Shown piece after piece: positions 37,037 through 49,949 of a stretch of DNA of 64,000 nucleotides; within the stretch, counting starts at the first letter, position 1; every line of letters starts with the position of its first letter. A program made the position numbers and the translations under genes. A model generated the notes under the pieces. It worked only from the letters and a program-made list of their open reading frames with translations. It did no database searches and was not told the origin of the DNA. This stretch comes from Rhina ancylostomus (lineage: Eukaryota): contig JARFYF010000050.1 of NCBI GenBank assembly GCA_030265395.1, positions 26,411,243 through 26,475,242 of the forward strand, read 5' to 3'.

Positions 37037-40000
37037 CTACAGAATGAGAAGAACATTACTTTTTAATGGTGTTCCTTATTGCTTCATTTAAAGAAATGCC
37101 AGGGGACACTTCAAGGACAATCAGGCACCCGGTTAACAGAAGCTGACATGCAAAACACTAACCTTTGCATAACAACTCCTGTTTACCAGCTGGAATAAAT
37201 GAAAATGATCACCTTCAAAGTGTATTTCCATAAGAGGTAAAATCACATAACGTGATTATCTATTAATTGAAATACAGGAAGAAAATATAAATTGCAAAAA
37301 TTCATGGGAAACTTAATATATGCAACATATTGATGACTACAAAAGACATTTTCTCAAGTCTATTTATAGAGAACACATTTGCGATGATCATGTTACTAAG
37401 ACTGAATTACATCTGCTTGAATGCTTAAATGATAATGATGCCATTTCCATTTATTGAAGACAGAAATGATGGTAAATAAATAGAGTTTAAATGTATAGAA
37501 AAACATTACCTCATTGACATAAAAGACACTGTTCGTTACTCTTTACGCCAATTTTCATTTTGGTATATACCCATGGGCATTATTGACAAGAAGTAATGGT
37601 AAACAGTCCTACGCTCATTTTGTCAAAGTTCAGTCATTCAGAAAAATTGTATGTTGTAAAATGAGGGTTTTCCAATACACCCATCTATAAAAGTCATCAC
37701 CCCTCCACCCAACCCCATTCTTAAATATTGGCTCTTTACTTGCAGAATGTGTATGTTTATTTCAAGCAGCAAGCAGGGGGAATTAATTGTTTGAGAAATA
37801 GTTGGTTTGTGAGGTGATTTGATTATTAATTACATTTGTGTGAACAATATTATCACAATGCTGTATGGAATCGCAATGTTAAAATAAGTTCTGAAAACAG
37901 AATAATACTGGAAATACCCAGGTCATTCAGTGTATGTGGAAATGGAAAGGTGGTGTATTTTCAACTCAATGATTGTTAGAATGGGCTTTCATCTTTGCAA
38001 GATTAAGGGAACCTTCTGAAGGCTTCATTAGAACTTTCAAATAAGTATCATTCCCCTTTGTTCCTCAGAGCAGTAACTCAAACCCTGGCATATTCTAATG
38101 GGTACTGTCTGCCCCAGGGTGCGTTGATCAATTCCTAGTAGTGAAGGTAAATTATAACACATCCTGAGTCCTATAATTTACCTTCTGTGAATGAGTGTCT
38201 GTTCTTCTGTAAGTGTTGTATAATGACAAACAAATTCACAGACATGCAGCTTTTCCTGATCCTATTGACAGCTCTGACCCCCCTGAGTACAGAGTTGGGT
38301 GGGATGGGGTGGGGTGGTGTGGAGACCTGCAGGCTCTTAAGTTGTTTTGTAAGCGCAGCATACTCAGCACTATAAGGCAAGGCCAGGCAAGAAGCAATGT
38401 TAGGCAAATCCGGGAATTGAAAACTAGGTGTGTATGTGGCAAATAGTTTGCATTCACCTTCTCTGTGCTCAATAAAAATAAAACTGTTTAACTGTGCACT
38501 ATTTTAATACTTAACTTATATATTCTTATTTTTATACTTTATCAAAAACAAGTTTGGCTTCTGCAATCTCTGATTAACAGATGCAAAACAGTAATAAATA
38601 GATTACAGTTGTTATTCAAGGGCAGAAGTCTGGAGTTGACAGTAAAATTAGTAAGGATAAATTCTCCGTTGATTTTATTAAGCTATCTCATTTTGCCAAA
38701 AGTCACCTCTTTATGCTGCAACATCTATGTTATGTATAAAATTGTACCTGCATTCTCAGGTTTTTTCTCCCTCTTCTCACCCACACTCCCATTTCAGGGT
38801 CTCATGTCAAATTGATGGTTTTATGCCGCATTGTTATTTCAGAAAACGATTGATGCTTTCCATTGTTCCAATAGTCCATCACCCCTGACATCCCAATACT
38901 TTATACTGAATGCCACTCAGACAACTAAACCTGTCCCTATAGACATAATCCTTTGCTTCACATCTGTAAATATTAGCTTGATTAATATCAGCATGATTGC
39001 TGATTTACTAAATTGCTTCGAAGTTACATACACATTTCTGGTGACACGAATGATGACAGTAAGGTGAGTTTTGTCTATAATCAGTTCATTTCATCATAGA
39101 TGTTTGAGACACAAGATGACAACTACACTGGGTCACATGGAAGCCATCCAACATGCCAGATGTGAATATGTCTGCTACAATTTTTCTGATGGTTATGCTT
39201 CTGATCAGTTTCAAAGGTATAACCTATTTCAACTTTTGAAACTGTACAAAAACATTGTAATATTGCATTAGACAATAGTAAAAGTAAGTATTTCATAGGC
39301 AAACAAGGATTAAGAGAATGGCTTCCTATCTTGACCACAAAGTACCAGAGGTAGGCACAGATCTTTCTTTTCCATTATTGATTGGCAGCAGTGCAATAAT
39401 AATCATCAGCTCCATGAAGGAGGAGTTGCTGGTTGTGGGGTTCATTCTCCCAAGAATAGGAATACACCCATTTTTGTCTTCAGGCAGCAATTATTCAATG
39501 GGGGCTCATTTGTGAGGTGGTCCAGGGGTCCCAATGGCTGCTGAAGGCATATGGGGGAAGAGTAACAGGCCATCGGGGTTCTCCTGAAAAATGCAATAAT
39601 CTATTCTGAGAAAACCAGGTAGCTTGTAAGAAAACAATGAAAAACAGTCACTGTTCCTGTGTGGTCCAAGTTGAATTAAACACTGCTGTATCCATTCTTT
39701 CAAATTTGGGTAATATTTGGCAAATTGTATATTGGTCTGCTATGTTCGTACACTGTGCCCTTGGATCATGATTCATTTCTGAGGTCCATGAACCAAAGTC
39801 TCCTGACATCTTTATTCTCTTCTCCTAACTAAAACCTACAATAATTTATAACTACTGGGCCTGTACTGAAACAATTCTATCTTATTGCTTGTCAACAATT
39901 TTTATGCAGTGTCATTTGCAGTCTAACTGCTGCTATGCATTCAAATAAATCTCTTACTTTAACGCTAACATATTGATCTTAATCAAATGTTGTATTTTTT

Positions 40001-43000
40001 CTCAAGAAAATTGGAAAACATGGTAGGCATCATGAAATCCCTCAGTAACCAGCTTGCCTTGACTGGAGAATAATCATTAGACCCTAATGCTAATTTGATC
40101 CTGGAGCATATGAGTTGAGAGAAAACATGTCAATGTGAGCACAATAGACAAGTGTTGGGAAGCAGCTTAACAAAAGCAAGGGATTTTCTTTTCTGCTGAC
40201 AATGTGGTCCCTACTTAAAGGCATTTTATTTAGTTATCCTATCTGACTAACTTCAGGAAATGAGATATATACACTATGGATTACACTACATACACTATGG
40301 ATTAGAATTCTTACCACTGTAGTTTTTTCCAGATGTCACCTTTTCTATATTGTAGGACGCTGCTTTGCATACTTCGGTTTCTCATCTGGATTGTTTATTT
40401 TCAATTGACCAAGATGCAGATCAGAGGATGTTCCAGGTGACCAGTTCCAAGAATTAGCAAGCTCAGCCATTGTTCTAGAATGCATAAATATCACTTTGCA
40501 TCAGCTTATCTCCAAACCATGTACTGGTGCTTTAAACATGCTTTATGGGTTCAGAATTTGCCATTTAAAGTACTTGCACACTATCCACTAATTCACTTTC
40601 CCTCAAGCTAAAGTTCATTATGTTTAACTTAATATAATTTGAGTGACCTTATTTTGTTTAATTGCAATTCTCAGGTTGGGTTGATCACCTGTTCTCTACT
40701 TTAGGGAAAACCTGTCTCTAATAACTAGAGTAATTTCAAATTCTGGCCCTGCCACAAATGACTACTGTAGTGTAAAAACTTCAAATTCAAGCACTGGAAT
40801 TTAATATACACTTTACTTTTGAATGCTTGGCCTTGATCTGCTGAGAATTTGCCTGATTATAGGCAGATAATAGTTCAGCAATGGGTGATAATAAATTACT
40901 TACAATTGTAATACAAGATAAAACATGAATGAGTGATAGACTTTGTTATTAGGAACATGTGTTGATGTTTATCAAGTTCTTGAAGCTGAGCCAGGACTGG
41001 AGAATATTTAATTACTGTCATGCCCACTATGAGGCCCTCAATCTATGATCATAAAACAGTGCTCTTGGTGGTGACGGGTTTGATAGATTTTTTTTACACA
41101 TTTTACTGTGTGCTGTTTTAATTTGCACATTTGATCCACTTACTTTTTCATTTCATTCATGCAGATGGTGAAAGCAGCAGGACTATTCCATACAAATGTA
41201 TTTAAAGTAAATGTCTGTTCATGGTGTGCTTTTAATGGCTTTCAAGGAAAATAATATTCTTGCAATAAAAGAATCAAAGTAATGTATTTCCCAGCATACC
41301 GATTTAATATATCAAGGGGAATGTAAGCATGCAAAAGCAATAATAAAAATACTTATTGTTAACAAATAACTAAGTGTAAAATTATGGAACAAAACTAAGT
41401 AGATGGAGAAAGATTTGCCTATCAGAAGAAAACAAATTTTGCTATGCTTCTGAGAGAGCTTAACCAGGCAGAGTTAAAGTAGAAAAGCAGTGCACAGTGG
41501 TTCAGGATGCAATGGATCTCCTGAGCTCTTACCCCTTCCACAGTCAATATTACAATTGCTTTCATTATATTGGTTACGTGTTCAAATCATACAATGGACG
41601 AAGAAGGCACCTCATACTCAAGCCTTGAAACAAAACTTAGCTTTATATTTCCAGGGTGAATATCATCTCTGCAACAACTGGGGCTCACGCTGCCCATGTG
41701 TATTTGAGGTGCACCTGTAAATGAACTATGACTTGTTTTAAAGTCAATATTCTCTGTTGTACTTTGATACTTTTTTGGTCTTGCCTCATTCTCTCCATTT
41801 ATAATGTATAACGTTGCTATGAAAGCTGACACTAGAATAAACCTATTGTGGCTCATTGGCTGGGATGATTACATTCAGGATACGTACATGGCAATATTTG
41901 AAAGACCCATAACTCAAAGGCCACAGGCAGTGAAAGATAGAACGGAACTCAGTCTCCAGTAAGATATTCTGTTTATTCTGTTGGAGTAAATGATTTTTCA
42001 AAACCTCTAGTGACCTTAAATTAATTCTCCATTGGTATGTGGAGCTGTCATCAGTTAAGTGACAATACAGATATGTTTATTATCATTGTGATGAAACAGT
42101 CCAGTGCTAGCTATTCTCTCTAAAGGGGTCTGTGTTTGGTTTTGGTAGAATATTTTCTGTGGGCTATTAACTATTCAATGTGGATAGTGGGAAACAATGG
42201 TGAAATTTTATTTTACATTATCACGTGAAAGATAAACTGCTCTGGATACCATCATCTCTTATTGATAGATTTGAATGTTTGGGTAAGAACTTTTTCCAAC
42301 AGATTAATTTACAAAAGAATAAACTTTGTTTAACACTAAGTTTAGTTTGCAAAAATCTAGAAACATACAACATAATTACAATTGGCCTGGGTTCTTCAGA
42401 TGTAACCACGCTGAAACCATGAGCTTTTGCCATTGTTACTATTGAAAATGGCAGTTACCTTGTGATTGCCAAACATGCAAAGATTAGATTGGAAGTCTCA
42501 AAGTGCTTGTCAATGATTTATGTTCTTCCCCAAGCTGCTGTGTTTTGTAATCTTTCCATTGTGGTCAATGAAAATCAATGAATTGACATAAAATTAATTT
42601 ATTTATGAAGTAAACTCATTGGAAAATTTATTACTGTTGTTCTTTGCTGTATAATCTGTAAATGAGGTATTAATGATTTACTAAGGCATGGTTATTATTT
42701 GGGTCTAAAGAACCAATTTTATGTAGGTAAATTTCTGTTACTCCAGATATGTAAGAACATAATGGATCCTAAGACACAATTGTTAATAATAAATACACCC
42801 TCTAATCATTATTTCGTACTCTGCAAAATGTTTAAAATGTTATTTACTTTTTCCTTCCTGGTTCACTCTCTCTAAGAAGGATTAAATGCAGTTGGCCATT
42901 TAGCCACCCAGATGATATTATAATTGCTAGGATTAATAGAAATTCTGCACAGAAGTTGCTAACAGTTTGAGATCAATGATGTCAGCAGCAAGGTGTGCTA

Positions 43001-43919
43001 ATCACTGCTGCTTGCAACATCTGGGCCAATATAAATGTGTGCATCTGGTTGTACATTTCATGATCCATGTTTTTATTTCACCAAGTGTTCCCATCATCTT
43101 TTTGAGTACCATTTCAATGAAAGTCAGTGAAGAAGAAACACAAAGAAGCTAAAATTCCATGGATCTATTTCCAAAGAGTGAACAAGTTATTGACAATCGT
43201 TTTTCCTCAGGCATTGGACTTGCCACTGACTGTGGAACAGAGGCCACGCTGAGTGGCCATCTTAGTGCCCTCTAATAGTGAAGATAAAGCAGAGGCTTCT
43301 CCTTTGGCAGTAGCTAAGTGACATCCTACTACTGCAGTGCTGTAACCCAAATTCTTTAAAAGCGAAACAAAAGCCAGGGGAGACTGCCTCCCTCCTCTTT
43401 ACAGTGATTAAGCCTTATTTTCACCCAGTTTCTAGAGTCCTTGGCATATAATTTGGTCTGATCCTTAAGTGGGGAATGAGGGAATGCTTTGGAAGTGATG
43501 TTTTTCAGATGGGCACAAAAAAAATCAATAACCTTTTCAAAGAAGAACAGGAGGCTTATAACAGAGTTTTCTTAATATAGTAGTTCACAAGATATGGGTA
43601 ACATTGGGTGTGATAACCTTTATTGTCTATGCTAATTTTCCCTGAACAACATGATTTATTTCAGAGGGCAGTTAAGAGTCAATCACATTGGTGGTTCTGG
43701 AGCCATGGATAGATCAGACATCTCCAAGATTAGCAGATTTCATTACCCGAAGGAATCACTGATGAACCATTAATGAAGAACAGTTGTTTTATGGTCATGG
43801 TTACTGGTACCAGCTGCTTAGTTTAGATTTATTTAATTACATGAATTTGAATTCACTGACTACTGAGGTGAGATTGAAAATCAAGTACCTGGTTTCGGAA
43901 TTCTAGCTGCTGGTGTAAC

Positions 43920-44085
43920 TAATCTTTTCACTAAAAAAAAGAATATCTGATCTTGTTTTTGTGGGATCTGGCTGTGCTCTGATGCAACTGTGACTACCGT
44001 GTGGAAGCACTTCATTGATTGCGAAACTCTTGGTATGTGCTGAGGTTGCAAAAATCACCATATAAATACATGATCTATTTTGCAC
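43920..44085 (+). mobile_element. Deu-SINE 3' half/tail
   Basis: GTGGGATCTGGCTGTGC...ACTTCATTGATTGCGAAACTCTTGG...TGAGGTTGCAAAAATCACCATATAAATAC. Confidence 0.5.
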
Positions 44086-44989
44086 TCTTAATATTCCTGA
44101 AATTAATATGATGCATCTTTACCTTACCATCAGCAGAACATTTTTTGATTGTTCTCTATAGTATATAAATGTAATAAGCATTGTTGCTGGTGAATCAACA
44201 ACCTCTGTTGGATACATAAACACACAATGTGCACATTGAATTCTACTTCTCAACTTCAGTTCTATCAACTTCAACAAAACTGAATTTCAGCTTCAGAGCT
44301 CAACAGGTGTATACCAATGCATCCTGCTTGTACTATGTACAGCAGAGGGTAAATTTCCTTACGTAGATCAAATAAATCTGCAGAATAATATCTCATGCAT
44401 TAAATGGGATAATATTCATGTCCACATAAAACAGACCTTCCTTCTTCTTCCCATAAATAAAGTCACAGCTGATTTGCACATCAAATAGTTTTGTTTATAT
44501 TACAGGTTTAGAACATTCTGTTACCATTGCAAAAAAAATGTTGCTGCTCTGAAGTCTAAAATTCAAAGCATTGATTGACCTCAGAAATTTAACAGAAGCT
44601 GCCATTATCATGGATTTGCCTGGTTTGAGAGTGACCTTAAAGGTACAGGTCGTGTTGGTAGCTAATTACAAACAGGCTCTGGAGTCAAGGCTATCTCTGA
44701 GCAATACCTCACTGAATCCGTTAACATTTAAAAATCCCTTAAGGCAATTGAAATTTCAACTCCATTTGGAACTGCCGAGACTGGACTGACAAAATTCACC
44801 GGAGTTATTAATTTCTTCAATGCTGCTGGACCTTTGGTGCTCAACAGTACGTAGGGAGCTGCATGCAGAGCTCCTTTGTATTCCTTATTTAGCTGTCAAC
44901 TTATTGTAAAGCATGAATAAAATATAGTCACTGTAACAAATACTGAAGATTGTGGAGTCAATTTTGCATTATATTGCTTCTTTAAAATT

Positions 44990-45355
44990 AAGAATGTAAG
45001 AAATAGTAGCACTTGTCCCCTTGTGCCTCAAATCATATCTGATCTGATCTTTTGCTTCAGCGCCATTTTCTTGCATTAACTCTGCATCTGTTCATTGTGA
45101 TAACATTTAAAGATTTATCGATCAAAGCCTTGAATCTATCCAGTGAATGAGATTCCACAGCCCTCTTGGCTAGAGAATTGCAAACACTGAAGTTAAGAAA
45201 TTTCTTCTCAACCCTGTACTGAATGGCCAACCACTTATTTTGAGACTATCACCCCTGGTTCTAGACAGTCCAGCCAGGGGAAGCATCAACTTGCCATCTA
45301 CTCTGCGAAGCCCCTTCAGAATTTAGTATGTTTCATAGAGATCACCTCACATTCT
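44990..45355 (-). mobile_element. CR1 3' end, decayed
   Basis: CCACAGCCCTCTTGGCTAGAGAATT...AAGAAATTTCTTCTCA...CCCCTGGTTCTAGAC...AGAGATCACCTC. Confidence 0.7.
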
Positions 45356-45925
45356 GCCTGAACGAGAAAAAGGTTCCCTGAATTTATCAAGTAATCAGTA
45401 AATTAAATCTCAGGGCTTCAGAGCACATAAATTCTAAATTTCCATCTGAGAACTTTGAAGGACCACCGGGCAATAGGTTACACAATAAGGCAGGGGAGCA
45501 ATAGAACACAAGAAGCACACCAGTGAACACTTCAGCTTTAATTCTACACTGAATAGACCTGACATGAATCTACTGCTTTTTAATTATTACTCTTTTCAAT
45601 TTTCAAACTGTTTTCACAAAAAGTTTTACAAAAGTGTTATTAGTGATGTTTATAACGAAAAGGGTCTGTTAAAATTCATGATATATATATGCAGGCTGGA
45701 AATTGGATGTTGATTATAAGAAGGAATTCTAAGTGGTCAGAAGATTAAAAAGAACAAAGTAAATTAAGAAGCAAAACAGGAGAATTGGGTTTGGGATATG
45801 CAGTGTGAGATTTTATATTTTTCATCCAACTGAGAGGACCACATAAAACTCAAGATCCATAAATTATTAAAATGCTTCTCCAATGATGATTACCTCTTTG
45901 TTCTTTTTGAGGGCTTGTGCAACTG

Positions 45926-46740
45926 CATCAAGTACTGCACCTGTCCCTACACATCCTCCCTCACCACCATTCAGGGTCCCAGGCAATCCTTCCAGGTGAG
46001 GCAGCGCTTCACCTGTGAGACCAACGGGATCATTTACTGCATCCGGTGCTCCTGGTGTGGCCTCCGGTGAGACCCGAAATAGATTGGGTGAGTGCTTCAT
46101 CAAGCACCTTTGCTCCATCTGCAACAACAGCCAGGACCTCTCGATTTCAATTGACTTCAATTGCACATCCAATTCCCATACTGACATGTCTATCCATGGC
46201 CTTCTCAATTGCCTCATTGAGGCCAGGCGCAGGTTGGAGGAACAACACCTCATATTCTGCCTTGGGAGTCTCCAACCTGATGNNNNNNNNNNNNNNNNNN
46301 NNNNNNNNNNNNNNNNNNNNNNNNNNNNNNNNNNNNNNNNNNNNNNNNNNNNNNNNNNNNNNNNNNNNNNNNNNNNNNNNNNNNNNNNNNNNNNNNNNNN
46401 NNNNNNNNNNNNNNNNNNNNNNNNNNNNNNNNNNNNNNNNNNNNNNNNNNNNNNNNNNNNNNNNNNNNNNNNNNNNNNNNNNNNNNNNNNNNNNNNNNNN
46501 NNNNNNNNNNNNNNNNNNNNNNNNNNNNNNNNNNNNNNNNNNNNNNNNNNNNNNNNNNNNNNNNNNNNNNNNNNNNNNNNNNNNNNNNNNNNNNNNCCTT
46601 TCCAGTCCTGATGGAGGGTTTCGGCCCGAAACGTTGACTGCTTATTTCCCTCCATGGATGCTGCCTGACCTGCTGAGTTCCTCCAGCACATTTTGTGTGT
46701 TGCTCCAGATTCCAGCATCTGCAGAAATTCTTGTGATTCC
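45926..46740 (+). mobile_element. Penelope-like retroelement 3' end: GIY-YIG endonuclease plus terminal repeat (N-gap inside)
   Basis: FQVRQRFTCE..GIIYCIRCSWCG, then after a frameshift GETRNRLGECFIKHLCS...HTDMSIHGLL..RRRLEEQHLIFCLGSLQPD. The terminal repeat lies at 46597-46740. Confidence 0.88.
46603..46640 (+). ncRNA. minimal type-I hammerhead-ribozyme-like motif in Penelope terminal repeat
   Basis: CAGTC-CTGATG.GA-GGGTT-TC-GGCCC-GAAAC-GTT-GACTG: stem I CAGTC/GACTG, near-CUGAUGA core, stem II, GAAA and an NUH site. Confidence 0.6.
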
Positions 46741-47595
46741 ACAAAATCCTCCAAGTCCATTGGAAGGGATGCCTAACCAACGTCAACTTCCTCACCAGGA
46801 CAGTAAGCCAACCTTTTATTATCCTCAAGCATCTCCAATAGAAAGGTCATACCATCTGCATGCCTGGCATCAGACCCCTGAAACAAGCACTTTATTCTGA
46901 GCTCCACCTGAGCAAGATATTTGCTGGAAGGGAGAGAAAATGCTCAAAATCTTGTTGAAAAAATATAATATCCTCACCAGTTTTGGGGAATCCCGAGTTT
47001 GAAAGCACTCAAAGTGTTGGAGAATCATCCAGGAAGTTGTCAAGCCATCTATGTGTCTCTAACTGGAGCACATGGTGGACAAACACGAAGCGTGGAAGGG
47101 GTGCACAACATCTCAAAAACTTCCGACCTACCCCACCTGTAGCACAGTCTGTAAATCCCACAGAGCAATCATTAGGTACAAAAAAGATGGAATGGAAACA
47201 AATCACCTAAGGGCCTGCCTAAGAAGGAAAGTCTTCCTTTTATGTAGAAATTCAAATGTGGAATTAATTGCCCAATCTATCATTCATCAGTCCAAAATAA
47301 CAAGTCAACTTACCCAGGTCAATGTAATTTAAAGTTCATGAAATTCCCTTCATTTAGTTAATGGTAAAAATGAGAAAGAATGAATCTAAGCAAATTTCTC
47401 TCCAGAATTCTGGCAATGAAGGTGCAATGGAGCAAATATTTTTTCCAACTTGAGTTTGTGTCTTCATAGGACTAACTTGGAAAACTTTGTTAACAAGTTC
47501 TCCAAATAAAGGTAAACAAATGACAGGACTGGTGTCATCACTAATTAATTTTGTTAGGCGTCTCACATTCAAGAAAAAGATTGTCTGCAACTTAC

Positions 47596-48895
47596 TTGAT
47601 CATCTGCTTCTTGCTGATCTAGGTCTGAGACTGAAGTCATCTGGGCACAATTTAGAAATATGTAGTTTACAATGTATTATTTTATTTTCTGGTGAGGGAA
47701 GTAAGGACAGAGCACTGAATTTTTAAAGAGGATGCAGGTTGGGGGTGGGGGTGAAGGTGTGATTCAAAGAGTAGATTTCACACAAAGGGCAGTAGATGTT
47801 TGGATCCCTCCCATACCATAGTAACCTCAAAGACTAAGACAGGTGCATTTTTGACAGATAAGAGCATCAAGGAACATAGAGAAAAGGTGGGAAACTGGAT
47901 TTGAAGCACATGTCAGCCTTGAATATCAGAGCAGAGGGGCAGAATGGCCTCCTTCCATTCTAATGGTGCTGCCTTCCCACAAACTGAACAACCTTGTTTG
48001 GATTTATTCATAAATGATGTTCCTTATTCATAAATGATACTCCTTTATCCAGTAATCAAGGTATTAAACGTTTCAGCAAACTTACCTTTGTGCCTACCCA
48101 TAGATCGATAACTCTGCAAAGTGATACATGAAATAGTCTGCAATTAGACTAATGTCTGGACCGGTTGTCAGCACAGGACTAGTAATTGTTGAGCAGTGCT
48201 GTTACTTTTGGTTGAGGATCAACCTATCTAAATCTTTCCTGCCATAAGTGGATATAGCTAAGCACTCACTTACTGAAAGTAGAGTGGTGCCTTCTGCCAT
48301 TAATGTCAATTTATTCTGAACTAGAAACTTGCCAGTATAGCACTTAATACTGCAGTGAAAAGAAGAATATTCATCTGATACCTAGGCAGGCTGCAGAGGA
48401 CTGCGTTTTCTGTGCACTGGTGAAGGTGTACTCCACTCGAACCTTATGCTGTGGAGCTCCTGAGGCTGGAGTATCAAAAAATATTGATTCAATATGTAGC
48501 CATGGACTAAATTTTATGATGAATGGATAGTTAGGATACAGCTGGTAACATTCCAACAGGTACAATTCTTACACTGTCTTTCCTTAAATCAAATTCACCA
48601 AATAAAGATTATACAGGAACATTTATAAGATATGTTTAATATCACATCAGGAATTGTTCAGAACTTGGATCAAAAATATACATCACATCCTGTAGACTTC
48701 CAAAGTAAATAAATAACTTCCAGATCCAGATAAATTACAAGCTGTACCTGGAAGAACAGTTAATGAATGTCAAACTTACACATCTATTCTCTTGAATAAA
48801 TCCAGGTGGATATCTGAGCAGTCTTTTGGTTTACTGTTGTTCAACTGGAAGCTTTTATTATCTGCAGCCACATTATCCATTTGTGATTTGGTGCC
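47596..48895 (-). CDS. candidate spliced exons 48895-48780 (116 nt), 48113-48086 (28 nt), 47640-47596 (45 nt); unidentified product
   Basis: Each has a CAG acceptor and a GTAAGT donor. Joined, 189 nt are open: GTKSQMDNVAADNKSFQLNNSKPKDCSDIHLDLFKRIDVVIDLWVGTKMTSVSDLDQQEADDQ. Confidence 0.3.
47720..47962 (+). mobile_element. CR1 3' end, decayed
   Basis: TTCACACAAAGGGCAGTAGATGTTTGGA...GAGGGGCAGAATGGCCTCCTTCCATTC. Confidence 0.6.
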
Positions 48896-49949
48896 CTGAT
48901 GATAGGTGGACAAATAGATAAAGGGATGAAAGATGAAAGATTTGCTTCATTGATTTCATTTCCTGAAGAAAAGGAACAGCTTGAAAAAAAATGTGATCTA
49001 TTTTTGTTGAAATTTTTGCTTGAATTCAAGTAACTACAGTGAGAATAAAGTATACAGAGGCAAATTGTCTGCAGGCCATGGGAATGCCATATGGTTTATT
49101 TAAGGGACAACAGATTTTGTCCATTTATGTGTTTATGATTTGTTATTCAACATCCCAATGTTATTCTTAATTTGCCATCAGTGTGCTATAATATTTAATG
49201 TTTGGTCTGAATGTACTTTCAATGCTTGGAGCAGCAATGGCTCAGTAACATTACAGCCTTGATACAACAAACAGTTTGAACATTTTATTGATCTCCTACA
49301 GGCACATAAATGGTTTCAGAAAACTTTGCTTCTCACCACACCAAAGAGAAAGAATTCTTATTTGTAATGTATTCCAGTTCATAACCTTCTGGTCTTCAAA
49401 GTATACTAATTGAGAATTCATCCTGGAACAAGAAAACTAAGAAGGCATCCTTAATGGGAATCTTTGTTGCCTGTGCTGTTACTTTAGTTATAATCACAAG
49501 AAGCCTATGCTGGAAAATATTCTATTATACATTCAGCTTAATTGGGTTTCCACATTTGCTTATGGGCATGCTGATGCCTATCAATCCTACATCATATCGA
49601 GCTTATAAATCATATAAAATACATGGAATCATTATAATGTTTTTTAAAACTGTGATGTTTCTTGGTTCACTGTGTAGAATGTATAAGCAAGTATAACAAC
49701 TTATGGACTATTGTAGCGTATGTTCTGGATTGCCTGCTCATACCTCTTTACTGTATAAGAGCTCTGTTTGAATGTTAGTGACATCAAAAAAGTTTTTCAG
49801 CAACCAGTGGGTTATATATTACATTTTAATATTTGGCTATCCATTTCCATTTTGCAATGAATGTATTGAACATTAGTACTCTCTACCATGCTGCATGCTG
49901 CTCTAGATTAAGTTTACCATTCCAACTAAAACAAAAAATGGAGAAAAAC

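Noticed and set aside
45867-46900. Long ORFs of 192-297 aa
   Set aside because: Their length comes from reading through an N-gap. The real content is a Penelope fragment.
47314-47335. LNYIDL (IRS-like SH2-binding motif) just before a minus-strand donor
   Set aside because: An in-frame TGA lies two codons upstream with no intervening acceptor.
40268-48043. Small local duplications (ATACACTATGGATT twice near 40270-40303; TTATTCATAAATGAT.. twice at ~48004-48043)
   Set aside because: Ordinary slippage duplications with no sign of function.
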